From Bugula neritina (taxonomy: Eukaryota; Animalia; Bryozoa), in contig OZ037765.1 in NCBI GenBank assembly GCA_964035545.1, forward strand, positions 11,170,698 to 11,234,697: 64,000 bases of DNA, given 5' to 3'. Positions 12,362 through 25,187 of the stretch are shown here, in pieces (within the stretch, counting starts at the first letter, position 1; every line of letters begins with the position of its first letter). The notes under the pieces are model-generated. The model saw only the letters and a list, made by a program, of their open reading frames with translations. It had not been told where the DNA came from and did not search any database. The position numbers were made by a program, and so were the translations under genes.

Positions 12362-15300
12362 AATAGACCATGTAAGATTGGTACATTTAGTACCTTGAAC
12401 CAATTCTAGATACTCACCACTATAACTTATATAAACTTCTGCAAGTTCAAATGCAAAATGCATACTTCTAGGAAATAGCTGTGCAACTTTTATTACATGC
12501 ATTGTTTTATTTCATATCTTAAATTTATGAATCATGAGTTCATTTTTCAAAATGTTTAAATTAAGTGCTTAAAAAATGCATTTAAAGAATGTATTCCTGA
12601 AAAATTACCCTGGAGCAGTTTGACCACAACCCCAGCTGTTTTGGCAAAACACATTTAATGACATTTTCATCGACATAGTGGTAAATGGGCTGGTTGTTTT
12701 TGGCAGATGAGTAGCACGCTGGCTGGCTGCAACTTTATACAATTCTGATTGGCTGGACTCTACATGACCAGCTAATGATTGTATCTGATTGGCCTAATAA
12801 TTCATTTGCATTTGAAAATGTAGAGTTTTATATAAGTTATAGTGGTGATATTTTAGAGTTGGTACACACCCCTTTTTTGGTTGAGTTTTATAATCTGATC
12901 ACGCTGTAGTCATCTACAACACTTCAGTGTATGGGGAAATTATTAGTATTGCGAAATCTGTTTTGGCTTATAATTATTGCTATGCCAGTTTTCTAACTTA
13001 GTTTTTCATCAACTATATGCAGGCTGTTCTAACTTAGGTGATTTCATCAAAGGTAGACATTACTTAGACCTTAGAACATCAAATCAACCAGTGCTGTTAC
13101 TTGGTTTTATTGCAAAGCAGTAGTGAGAGCATAGCACACTAGCACAGTCACCTAGCTGCAATGGCAGTGGCCACACTAAACTCACCAGTTTTATTAAAAT
13201 ATCTTATGTAAGGCACTTGAATACACTAGCCTAGTCTGTTAGTATGTAGAGCAGTAACACAATTACAGCAGTCACATCACCCCTCTCTATCTTGTCTACC
13301 AAGTACAGAGGTTGCAAAAATGATAATCATTTCATGATTTAGTTTTAAATCAATGCATATTACTGAATACATTCTCATAGTCTGATTATTTTGCGCTTCA
13401 GTTTACTTTAATGTGATAATTTAAAAAATTGCTTCACATGCATATTACAAATGCATGAACCTACGCTAGCCATAAATTATTTGCTTGTGTACTCACTACT
13501 GTTTTATTTTAAATTTATATAGCAGTAGCTTTTTTAATCAATCACATATTAATCTGCAAGAGTTTAATTGCACAGATAATGTAGACATTTTGTATAAAAA
13601 TTAGTATTAACATGTAATGCCTTGCATGTGGGTCTATATTGCCAGTTGGTATCATCACCTATAATACCATGTTGATAACCCTTTCTTGTATACGATTTAC
13701 TTAGCGAAACAGCATGATTATCTTACAAATGTAATGACATCAGCCGTGGGACAATATAGTCTAGAATCTAGACTCTAGATTCTTTTAACTGTGAAGTAAT
13801 CAGCCTCAAACCATTGCTGGATGAAGTGCCTACACTTAGCTGTGAAGCTACTGCAATAACATCAACAGTTTTACTAATGAGTTTTCAATACATGTTTTAG
13901 TCAGTTGGGTAAAATACAAAGGTTCTCTGGTATATGCTAGAATAAATGATGATTAAACATTGGATTTGATGAACATTTTTTCATGTTGTGTGATGCAACA
14001 TGATAGTTACAGAGAAACCGCTGATCCCACTAAAACTGTAATGAAGGCATTATATTTCAACACTGACTGCATACAACATTGTTACCAACAGAATATTATC
14101 CATATATGAGTTTGTATTTTGCAAAATAAGCATCGAGTCTGAGCTGCCATTTTCTTTCACCCAAAAACCAATAATATCAGACTTTAGCTTACAAAGCATA
14201 GTGGTATAGCACATGCATATACAATAGCACACCAAAAAAAATATTATAAAGTGCTACACTTTATTGGTTACCAAGGGTGGCTGCAGAAAGCACAGCAGAC
14301 TATTATAATCTTTTCTAAAAGAGGTGCAAACAGTAAGCTTACACCTCCAGGACTATTTAGGATATCAAGTCCTTTATGGGTTGATTGCTCTTTTAACCTG
14401 GATTCTAAGAATAGCAATTAATTTAGTTTAGAGTTACTGCATTCTAGTCAGTTGAAAATGGCCTTTTTTTCCAGGTGGCATGGCCAGGAAATAAGTAAAT
14501 ACTGTAGGAGGATCGCCATGTAGTAGAAATAGGTGTGCTCCGGAAGCACTATAGTGAAGTTTTAATGGCTGGCATATGGTATTGGATACTAGCCCTCAGA
14601 ATGTTTTTGTCATCTTCCTGCCTCAATGGTGGTTGATGATTACTTTGAGTGAGGAAAAACATGTATTGAAAACTCATTAGTATAGCTTCAGAGCTAGGTG
14701 AAGATATTTCCTCGAACAATGACTTGAGACTGAGAAGCTCAAGTTAAATATCACTTAAAAATGAAGCAAGCTGCTAACAAAATTACTTCATAGTTGAAAA
14801 AACTGGACTATATAGTCCTATGGCTGATGGCATTGCATTTGTGGGATAAACATGCTGTTTCACTAAGGAAATCATGTACAAATTGGTGATGATACCAAGT
14901 AACAGTATAGACTAGCATGCCAAGCACTACAGGTTAAAGCTCATTTTTATATAAACCATCCATGTTTTCTGTTGCTAAAAGCTGTGCATTTTAACTCCTG
15001 CAAATAAATATGCAACCAAGTCAAAAAAATTACTGTTGTAATTTTTTTAAGTAAAATAATGGTGGGCACATAAGCAACTATAATTTATGCTTAGCACATG
15101 CTTATACATGTGTTTGTCAGTGTGCTGTAAATATATGCTAGTGATGATAAATATGGTGCAGCACTGCCATTACAGTTCGCTGACTGTGCTATGCTATTGC
15201 TACTGTTTTGCAATAGTAACAACAGTGTTTGATTTGCTGCACCTAAACAGTGTCTACCTTCGATGAAATTACCTAAGTTATATAGCTGCCTATGGTTTAT

Positions 15301-15942
15301 TACAAACCAAGTCAGAAAACTGGCATAGCAATATAAGCCAAAACAGATTTCGCAATACTAATAATTTCCCCATACACTGAAGTGTTGTAGATGACTACAG
15401 CGTGATCAGATTATAAAACTCAACCAAAAAAGGGGTGTGTACCAACTCTAAAATATCACCACTATAACTTATATAAAACTCTACATTTTCAAATGCAAAT
15501 GAATTATTAGGCCAATCAGATACAATCATTAGCTGGTCATGTAGAGTCCAGCCAATCAGAATTGTATAAAGTTGCAGCCAGCCAGCGTGCTACTCATCTG
15601 CCAAAAACAACCAGCCCATTTACCACTATGTCGATGAAAATGTCATTAAATGTGTTTTGCCAAAACAGCTGGGGTTGTGGTCAAACTGCTCCAGGGTAAT
15701 TTTTCAGGAATACATTCTTTAAATGCATTTTTTAAGCACTTAATTTAAACATTTTGAAAAATGAACTCATGATTCATAAATTTAAGATATGAAATAAAAC
15801 AATGCATGTAATAAAAGTTGCACAGCTATTTCCTAGAAGTATGCATTTTGCATTTGAACTTGCAGAAGTTTATATAAGTTATAGTGGTGAGTATCTAGAA
15901 TTGGTTCAAGGTACTAAATGTACCAATCTTACATGGTCTATT
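12362..15942. mobile_element. Non-autonomous DNA transposon / foldback element with 611-bp inverted arms
   Basis: 12362-12972 is the reverse complement of 15332-15942 with no indel and no mismatch that I could find by eye; a further ~200 bp of diverged inverted similarity continues inward (to ~13175 and ~15155). Ends read caAT-AGACCATG...CATGGTCT-ATtc. No transposase ORF is recognisable inside. Confidence 0.85.
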
Positions 15943-17050
15943 CTACAGTTTACATTTGTATGACTAAGATAAACATTGTCAAGACCCCATATTAAAGAAA
16001 TAGTAGAAAATGTGAAATCTTTATGAAAAACACAACATTGAATTATAAATAGACCCAATGGAATTAAATGCTGCAAATCAAGCTTCTGATAATTTAACCT
16101 GACAGCTAAAAACACATGGCACACATAGCAATGTAGCATACCTCACACCAAATCATCTAATAAAATTACAAACTACTAGCCAAAATTGCAATGAACCAGC
16201 AGTGGCATAAAGTAAAGTACAAAGAAAAAGAAATAATCCAACTGCATTTATGAGATTTTTCATTGGCATCCATGCTAAACTAATTACACAGAAAAATTTA
16301 TTACGAGTTTATTGAGTTAGATATTTTGATAAATGAATGCTTTGAAAATTAAAAAATATTGCATTTATCAATTAATTTTTTAAATATCTTCTTGCTATGG
16401 TTTAGTACAGAATCATTTAGAATTGGTTGCTCAATATCTAATAATGTCATGGTGAAAAATAAAAATTGAGCTTACCTAATGTTAGTACTTTTAATATTAT
16501 AGCATCATGAATTATAATTCTACAATATAGTTAGTTATTGAACAGTAGAATATATACATGTAAAACAATTACAATGAACAACATATCAGAATAACATCAA
16601 CAAACATGAACTGACAACCAACATAACACGAGTATAACACATTTAGAATAAATATATATGAGTATATAGAAGCAGATCAACCACTTGTGCGTGACTAGAT
16701 TAAATAAATGTTAGAAAAAACAAAAGCAAAATTCAGATCTGAATATAAACATAAAATAGAATAAAACTAGCAACAGTTAAATGCTAAAAGATAAAATAGT
16801 ATAACATAAATAGTTATATGATATTAAATGACAATCTAAAAATACACATATTTTGCTAAGTTTAAATAATCAACCTACATTATCTTGGAAGACATATTAT
16901 AGACCATAGGCTATTGCATGCAAATATATGCGAGGAATGAGAGCAAATCTAGCAAAGGGACAGGCATAAGCATATATCTTGAGCAATCTTACAAATTATA
17001 TAGAAGTCTGTCTATAAGCAAAGAGAAAGAAACTAACAAGACTGAAGTTT

Positions 17051-20000
17051 CTAGAATCTAACCATGCCTTTGACAAAGTTACCGTTAGCATTAAAGTCAG
17101 ATGGGATTGTTTCACAGACCAGAGGTCTTTCTAGAGTGAACTCATGAGCTGCTGAATCGATGGACTCCTCCAGCTCAGTAGAAATCATAGTAGTAGCAGA
17201 CAAGTTTGATGAGTTTGGCAGCTTGTCACAGGTTGGCACAGTTTGGGTTTCAAAAGTGGGAGTTGTCTCACTAATGGGAGTATCTTCAGCAAGACTTGTC
17301 TCATCAAAGGGAGATTCCTCAGCAAGACTTGCGTGTACAGTTACAGACTCAGATGCTGAAGGTGTATCATTTGAAAGTGAAATTTCTGGCTCCTTAATCT
17401 CAGTGTGATCAGCATCACCTTCACCATTGTATAATAACGGAATCACATAGCTGACTTCTAATTCTGGTTTCTCAGAATAACACGAATCATTAGCTTCACC
17501 TTGATCAGGAAAATACACAGGCGCCGCAGCTGACTGTTTGCATGAGTATTCCGGAACATTCTCATCAGGAACTTCTGCAGCTGTCACTGCTGCCGACTTC
17601 TCATCCCCCAAGTTGTCAGCAGTATCTTGACTGGCAGTGTCTACCTCTGAACCTTCCGTACTAGAATTAGGAACCAGCATCTTCAAACTGGCACAACTAG
17701 CTCTCAACTCTTCTAGATTTCCTAACATTTCTACGATGTACAAGTATAACATGTAAAACCAAAACAACAATGTGGATTACATTAATGCATCTAGACAAGT
17801 TGAACTCAATTGACTTTTGAGCCAAACGTGTATCAAATAGCAATGGCATAACCTTAGTAAAGAATTTAAGTTATACAATGCACAAATTTCAAGGGTTTTA
17901 CATATTTAAACATACCTTTAAAATTATTAGATTCTCCAGACAACTCCATCTGATACAGTTTGTTTTCCAAATCTGTTATTCGACTTCCCAGTAATCTACA
18001 GCATTGAAATGAATGAATGTCAATATACATATGCAATAGATTTTTCATTCGATGCATGAAGACAGGTCAATTGAATGAAATCACGACCATACATTAATGC
18101 AAACTGCAACCATGAATTCATCCTTACAAGCATATACAGTATATGGATCCATTCAATGTATGGGAAGACAGTGATAGAGATGGATGTACATGGAACAAAA
18201 GATTATGTTGGTGCAATGATATACATATACATTGTGGCTTAAGATGCTGAAGGCTACAAATTAATGTAAAATAGGAGTTGTTTGCTCAGCTAGAATAATA
18301 ACATTGAGTGGTGTCTTAGAATCTTTAGTAACACTTTAATGTATTATCTTAAAACTTGATTAACTATGTGGATTTTTACAACTGTCACATATCAGAATAG
18401 TATGCACTGGAAGGCATCGTTGTGCTGAGCTAAATGATCCTATGCAGTTGGCTTATTAAAAGAACAACTAAGGATATATGAAAAGAATAATAAATAGGCA
18501 AATGCCAGACAACCAACTGGACCAAGCTGCGTACACATTTCTACAAAAAACCAACTTGACTCATAGGAAACATACTTGTTGCTTTTACGCTGGTGATTCA
18601 AGGCAAGGTTTTTGTCATTTATTGCATCCAGTAGAGTGGCAGCCAACGTCTTTAACTCTTGAATCATCTGAAATGTAATTGTGATTTTTAATATAAAGGA
18701 CAAGGTAACTGTTAAAAAGAACATTGTGTCGAGCCATAAATCCGTGTTCAAATGCGTCACAAGACAAAACATGTAAAATGTAATGCTAGACTGTGTGCAA
18801 GTTGGGAACGTATTCAATGGTTGTGAAGTGTAGCTTACTTAAATTTTCAAAACTTTTAATATTGATCTAGTAGGACACAACTTAATATAACAACTTATGT
18901 ACTGCACTATATAGCTATCTATGGTCAATGCACAAACAACAAGTTTATTTTATTGAGCATAAACACAATTGAACATACTCTTTTAATTGGATCACAGTCA
19001 CAAAATATTAATTTATTAATACGTTCAATCGGTGAAATCATTTTACTAATGACTTTTCCAATTAGAATGTAGTTTATTAATTCAAAAAATGAATTATATG
19101 ATAATGTTGAACAAATTATTATAATCCAATACAGAAACTCTCAAAGATTTCATAATGTGTTTCTGAATTCCCAATTCATCTACATTGTGCACAGTTTACA
19201 AAAGCTAACCTCCATGACACTCATAAATATCAAAACTAGTTTGGACATCAATGGCTACATACTACTACAATATATTGAATAAGTTTAGTCAACATAAACT
19301 CTACAGTTACACTTGCAAGACTACAGCTGAAAAATGACCACAGCCATCTAGGTGAAAAGGTGAGAAAGACATTATAAATGCTGCATCACACATAGCAAAT
19401 AGATATATAGTCTAGCACACAAGAAACCTGTGGGTACCTGAGGTGAGGTGCTGCCAGCTGAATTACTTGGAGCTGCCAGAAGTTGCCGGACTTGTCTTTG
19501 TGAGATTAGCAAACCTCCAATAACATGGTTGGTAGTAGATTTTAATATACTTGTTGGTTTCTTTTTTTCCATCAAATACTTTAGAGAAAAAAACATTCAA
19601 AGTAATGATTTTATATACAGATAAAAACATGCGCAAAGTTTATAACGATTATCAAAAGTTAAAGCATGTCGGGCAAAGGCAGCAATGTCATTACCCAATA
19701 ATTAAGAACATTTAATAGATATTTGGATAATTACACTGCATAATTAAACATGTTTACTCATATTATTTTTAGAAGTATTGCTGTATTTTAGTAGCAAGAC
19801 AAATTAGCTGAATCAATACAGTTCCACTAGCATTTATTTAGTTGTAAGGGTTTCATATGGTTCAAAGCTCATTATCACATAAGTAAGATTATCAAAATGC
19901 TGGTACTACTACAAGAGATCAACCCTGTATTCACTACCCTTATACCAGATACACGTGATGTACTGTGACACACTTCTATTCCTAATCACATTGAAGTAAC

Positions 20001-22684
20001 GTAATGCATTGGCTTAGACTTATAATATTTAGGAATGACTGGACTTCAATTCAACATAATATGCAGCCCATTGCAACACATGTACGCTGTTGCAACACAT
20101 GTACGCTGCTGCAACACATGTACGCTGCTGCAACACATATACGCTGTTGCAACATAATATGTACGCTGTTGCAACATAATATGTACGCTGTTGCAATAGA
20201 TGTGGCTGTGTGTATGTTAATTACTAGTAATTTGGTAACTACTCAATTCAGCAATAATTAAAATAACATACACGTACACTATTTAATATTTACTACAGTA
20301 ATTACATAAGTCAGTAACTGTTTTCATGAAGTAATGACTATATAAAATGTAATGATAGAGTGCTGAAGAAAATAGTACCTTATATTTTTTCAGAGCTGCT
20401 TGTGAAGCTGTATTCTCTTCCTGCAGATGTTTGACTCGTTGTTGGAGAAATCTAAAACCACAGAAACACCATTTATCAGACTCATCATAGCAGAAAGCAT
20501 GTATGAAAGTTTAGATAATTCAACAGGTTTCAAAAGTCCAGACTTTTTCCAACCAGATGTCACTAAAATATGTAACTTGGTTACCAGATCCAGCTTGTTT
20601 TAATTACATATTTTACTCCAATATTGTTGTCTAAATTGAATAACAACTCTATTACTCATTGCTATAGTTTTGGTACACAAAACACTAAAAGTGAATTATG
20701 GATGCTGATCACTTTCATTGTTTTGAAATACATTTGTGTGTATTATTTTTACGTGTGTAAAAGCGAGACGTTTGCTAGCAATCACTAATGGAATATTAAT
20801 AGGGCAAATCAATAATTATGAACCAGAGCAAAGGTTGGCTGGGATTTGTGTAAAATACGAAGCTCTCTGCTCCCACCTGTTCTCCATAATCAATGCGTCA
20901 ATATCTAGCACATGCTTCTCATCTCCTCTCATAATGAAATTCACTTCCTTATTTAGTCTTATGTACTTGGTTTTATAAGTATCTCGTTCTGTTTCTAATT
21001 CTTCCTTTAAGTCTAGTACTTGTTTCATATCTAGCTCCAGCTGAGAATACTACAAGTGGACACCAGTACATTGTGTTTAAAACACATTATTTTATACAAG
21101 CCGGAATTATTTCAAAACAAGAAAATAACAGAAATATAACAGAAAATTGCCCTTTGCCCTAGTGAGAGCTTAACACCTGCTACAAGAGGAAACTAGGTAC
21201 TAGCTAAGAATGATTCTGTGGGTAGGTTGATACAACTAAAATATTTTCTTGATCATGAAAACTACGCCTACAGTCTAATAAAATATGACAACCTAAAGGG
21301 GTAGACAAAGCACTGCGCCTTTTGCAAGATAAAAGTTAACTCAAATACATCTCAAAATTACGACAGAATGTCGAATATATTACTTCGAGACGAGATTTTT
21401 CTAGTTCTTCAATTAGTGCATCTCTTTCACTGGCGGTCAGCGGTTTTCTCTCCGGTGTAGTCGGCTCTGTGGTACCCAGTCTGTACTTAACTATCTTTGC
21501 ACGTAGAATCTTTAAATATATAGATTAAATATATTGAAGCAGCATAGCCTATATTATTGTTCCGCCAAAAAAGTTAATGACTTGGGCTACAAAGTTAAGG
21601 AACTTATATGATCATTCTAAATGTGTGATAAAAAGTTTTAATTTATTAGAAATAATTAAGAAATATTCACCTTAATATCACCTTCAGCATCTGATAACTT
21701 TTGTTTTAACTCATCAATTTCTAAGTGAGACGAAATATTGGTAGTACTAAACAGTTCAGGCATTCCAGCATCCTAAATGAAGAAAAATTCTCCATAAAAT
21801 ACAGAAAAAACATTCAAAAATTATCATAGAATTGAACCAAAACTTTAAAATGATTATTAAAAAATTAAAAAATCTAAGAATTACTTTAGCGAGGATCTGC
21901 TTCTTCAACCCTTGACATCTACTTCTTAGCTGATCAGCCATAACTCTCAGCTGGTTTCTTTCACCTTGACATTCAGCCAACTCCCGACTCAAGATTAATA
22001 AAGCATCATTTTTACTATCTAACTTTCTTTTGAGATCTTGATACTAGAAGTATACATATATATAAAACATTCAATTTTAATACTTCTCTTTATGCCCATT
22101 ACTGCAAAATTATGTATACAAATGCAACATTTGCTATCCTGATACAAATCTAATCTTTAGACTATAGTAGTATATTTAAATCATATGATAAAGAGAAGTA
22201 AACCAGTAAGAAAACCAATACAATTTGTTTAGACATACAATAACTTTTTTCAATATCATTTTTAGTGAAAGTAAATTAATTTTATAAAGAAAATGAAGCT
22301 AGCAGAGATTATTATTTTCTATAAATAATCATAAAAATTGCACGAATTAAAACTAATAAACTAGCTATCTTAAACACAATATAGTAGCAAAAACTCTTTG
22401 TTGATACAACACAGTTATTGGATCACTTTAGATGTTAAGCTGCATCTAAAATTGCTAATTTTTTAAAGATCGAATCAACTTTTGCATATCATATAAGATG
22501 ATTCAGGAGTGCTTTATTTCTGCATTCGAGATTTGGGTCAGGATAAACAGCTGATACAGAAATATTAACATAAAGATGAGAGCATACATGTAACTACACA
22601 TTAACTATGTACCTCATTCCTCAAGATCTCATGCTTATGCTTTAGATTAGCATGTACAGCTTGAATTCTAACAGTTGGATCCAT
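17051..22684 (-). CDS. CCDC149: Coiled-coil domain-containing protein 149, about 565 aa
   Basis: Exons 22613-22684, 21885-22043, 21671-21772, 21384-21509, 20877-21049, 20379-20451, 19438-19578, 18576-18667, 17916-17995, 17051-17730; GT-AG, frame-consistent. Family blocks KRKLDSKNDALLILSREL, AEGDIKILR, LDIDALIMENRFLQQR, LKTLAATLLDAINDKNLALNHQRKSNKLLGSRI; acidic low-complexity last exon. Confidence 0.92.
20071..20195. repeat. Minisatellite, unit TTGCAACACATGTACGCTG (19 bp, about 4 copies, then two 22-bp variants)
   Basis: Directly visible tandem array in a CCDC149 intron. Confidence 0.9.
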
Positions 22685-24295
22685 TTTTCAATGTAGTAGC
22701 ATCGGCTGCTTTAAGCTGCATCCATTTCTAAATAACATTTCCTGATAAAGAAATGGAATTTGAGTATAATTAGTAAATAAATTTTATTTTTTTTCAAATA
22801 TTTCAGACTACAATGTTCCATTAGAAAAAAATATAGAATATATTTAACCAGAGCTGATTTATAAATACATCTGTTCATTCCAATAAAAATCCCGTATAAT
22901 TCAGTATGCACAACAAAACGATAAATACGTGTACAAAACCTAATTTTAAAAAGAAGAACCACTACTACATAGAACATCTAGTTAACTTAGGATCATGGAA
23001 TGGCATATCTAGAACATAATAAATTTTTATTCAACGTGCATAATCAATCTTTTTATATCGTTGAAATTTTAAATAGGAATTTACACCAACATTTAAATTG
23101 GTAACTTTTTCAAATATAAACAAATTAAAGGTTAAAGATATAATAAATGCAAAATAAAAAAATACGAGAATTAATACTATTTAAACAACAATGTTAGAAA
23201 CTGAAAAATATTAATCAATAAAATAAATATAGGTTCTCTTTACAGTGGTTACCAAAAGACAGCAAATACAGATAAGAGATCTATCTAATTTCAATTATAG
23301 AATTGTTTTTGACCATTGATAATGACAATAAAATTTAGTAAATGTTAAGACTAATTGCTTATATTTTGAAAACTACTACAAAGATTTTTCAAGTTCTAAA
23401 TATATGAGTTGAAATGAATTGATTGGGCATATTTGAAGTGAATTTTCAAATAAAGTTTTAGGCTTACAATTATAATTCTTAAAAGAATCACCGTATCGTT
23501 GCAATAATAACTATTTGTTGAACTCTAGCTGTATCACTTGGATAGTTTACAATAACTATGAGGCTTGATCAGAATATGGCTCATATTATTCTAACTGATT
23601 TAGAGAATAGATATTCTTTGTATTTATTGCAGAGTATAACTATGTATAGTTATTATTTAGAGTCAATATTATTGAATATCAATATAATTGTATGATACAG
23701 CAAAACATGAAAAAAATAACTAACCAATAGAATAAAAAGCATGTCATAAGTCTGCTAAAATCATTGAGCATAACACTGGTGGTAGCAATCTGTATAATTT
23801 GATATTTACAGTAAAAATTTCAGTTTACATGCCTATTTGGTGTCATTCTAGATAGATGACTTCCAGTTAGATGACCTAATAATCAGCAATACATAGTAAC
23901 ATGAATATTAATATGCATGCAATTAATATTATTATTGAATTTATTATCACAAATTAAAACAAAATCATATCATTGTTACTGTAATAGTAATCTAACAATT
24001 CCTTCAGCTTAAACTCAGAAGCTTACAATTGCCAATAGTAAAAATGCTAAAATTTAAAAGCAGCAATTTGAATTTTGGACTTTCACTTTGACCAACTACT
24101 ACTAGGCCTGCAGCAAGTCAATTACTATTACTATCAGTATAGGTACAAATGTATTTGTGTTACTATTGGTGTTAGTGTATTACCATTCGAAAAGTAAATT
24201 TTGAAAATTCAAGTCAACTTCAAATTGAGTTCAAATGCTTGAAGCCTTGAACAGCTGCAAGTGTAAGTTTAACTTTAAGTTTACGTTAAGCTAAA

Positions 24296-24626
24296 TCAAT
24301 CACAATCACAAAGATTCAATAATCACAATCACAATGACTAAAAGACGTGAGACTAAGAGTAAGAGTAAGACTAAGACTAAGAGTAGGTGTAGCAACTGTA
24401 AAGTGTAAGCCGAATCGGAATCAAGTCAATGAGTTTAAAATGAAAATTAAAGTTTTAATATTTTATTTTTTAATTCAAAATTAAATTTAAACCTAAAGTA
24501 CTCATACTCATACTGATGCTCATAAGTCTCATAGTCATAGTGATAGTGATAGTCATACTGATAGTGATACTGATACTCATAGTCATACTCATACTGATAG
24601 TAATGTGATACTGATAGTGATACTGG
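24296..24626. repeat. Cryptic hexamer repeat tract (ATACTC/ATAGTG/ATACTG, ACTAAG/AGTAAG)
   Basis: Degenerate 6-bp periodicity directly visible, just inside the inferred CCDC149 5' end. Confidence 0.85.
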
Positions 24627-24779
24627 AGTTGCAACGTCAGGCTCAGCTAAACACAATTTTGACGCTGAAAATCACTATAAATACTGGTTGGCAGTTTTTA
24701 ATCACAGCATAAGCATATTCACTAAATATCATATCGTCATTGTGAATATAAATATCAATATCATACCAACTAAAACTGT

Positions 24780-25140
24780 TGAGCAGCAATTGCAGCCGAA
24801 CTTACTACAACTATTAAACGGAAGTGCATTCACACTAAAACGAACTTAGTGGACACGCTGAATGCTTTTTCTTTTTCTGGTGAGATTCTATATTAGCAAA
24901 TATTCATAGTTGAGTTTTCTACCGTCACGTACCTCAATTACTTCAGGCCCTACGTAAGGCTTCAATGCAATATTGGAAGTTGTACCCCGGTGTTACATTA
25001 TAGTCCAAAATTACATTTGCACACAAAAATAATGTTGTTCTAAACGATATTGATAAATTTTTGTATAATCATATACTAACTAGTAGTATTATTATGTGTA
25101 TGATATTTTTGTTTGCATAGCTGTATGTTTGGATTTCAGA
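24780..25140. promoter_or_regulatory. Probable bidirectional promoter region between CCDC149 (minus) and the p24alpha gene (plus)
   Basis: Head-to-head arrangement; locally more CpG; ETS-type CGGAAGTG at 24819-24826; minus-strand gtaagt donor near 24805 that could end a CCDC149 first UTR exon. Confidence 0.5.
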
Positions 25141-25187
25141 GCTACATGATGTGGCAGTCAACTCTCAGTATCAATATGACCATCAGT

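Noticed and set aside
13200-15150. Transposase or captured gene inside the long inverted-repeat element
   Set aside because: No long ORF or recognisable motif in the frames I translated; a translated search would be needed to detect a decayed relic.
20071-20195. Regular repeats that might suggest a CRISPR array
   Set aside because: Units are head to tail with no unique spacers, inside a eukaryotic intron; it is a minisatellite.
24447-24656. ORF rich in YEYDY / YHY repeats (also the TNTN/DTH ORF at 31073-31324)
   Set aside because: Translations of the cryptic hexamer tracts; no splice or homology support.
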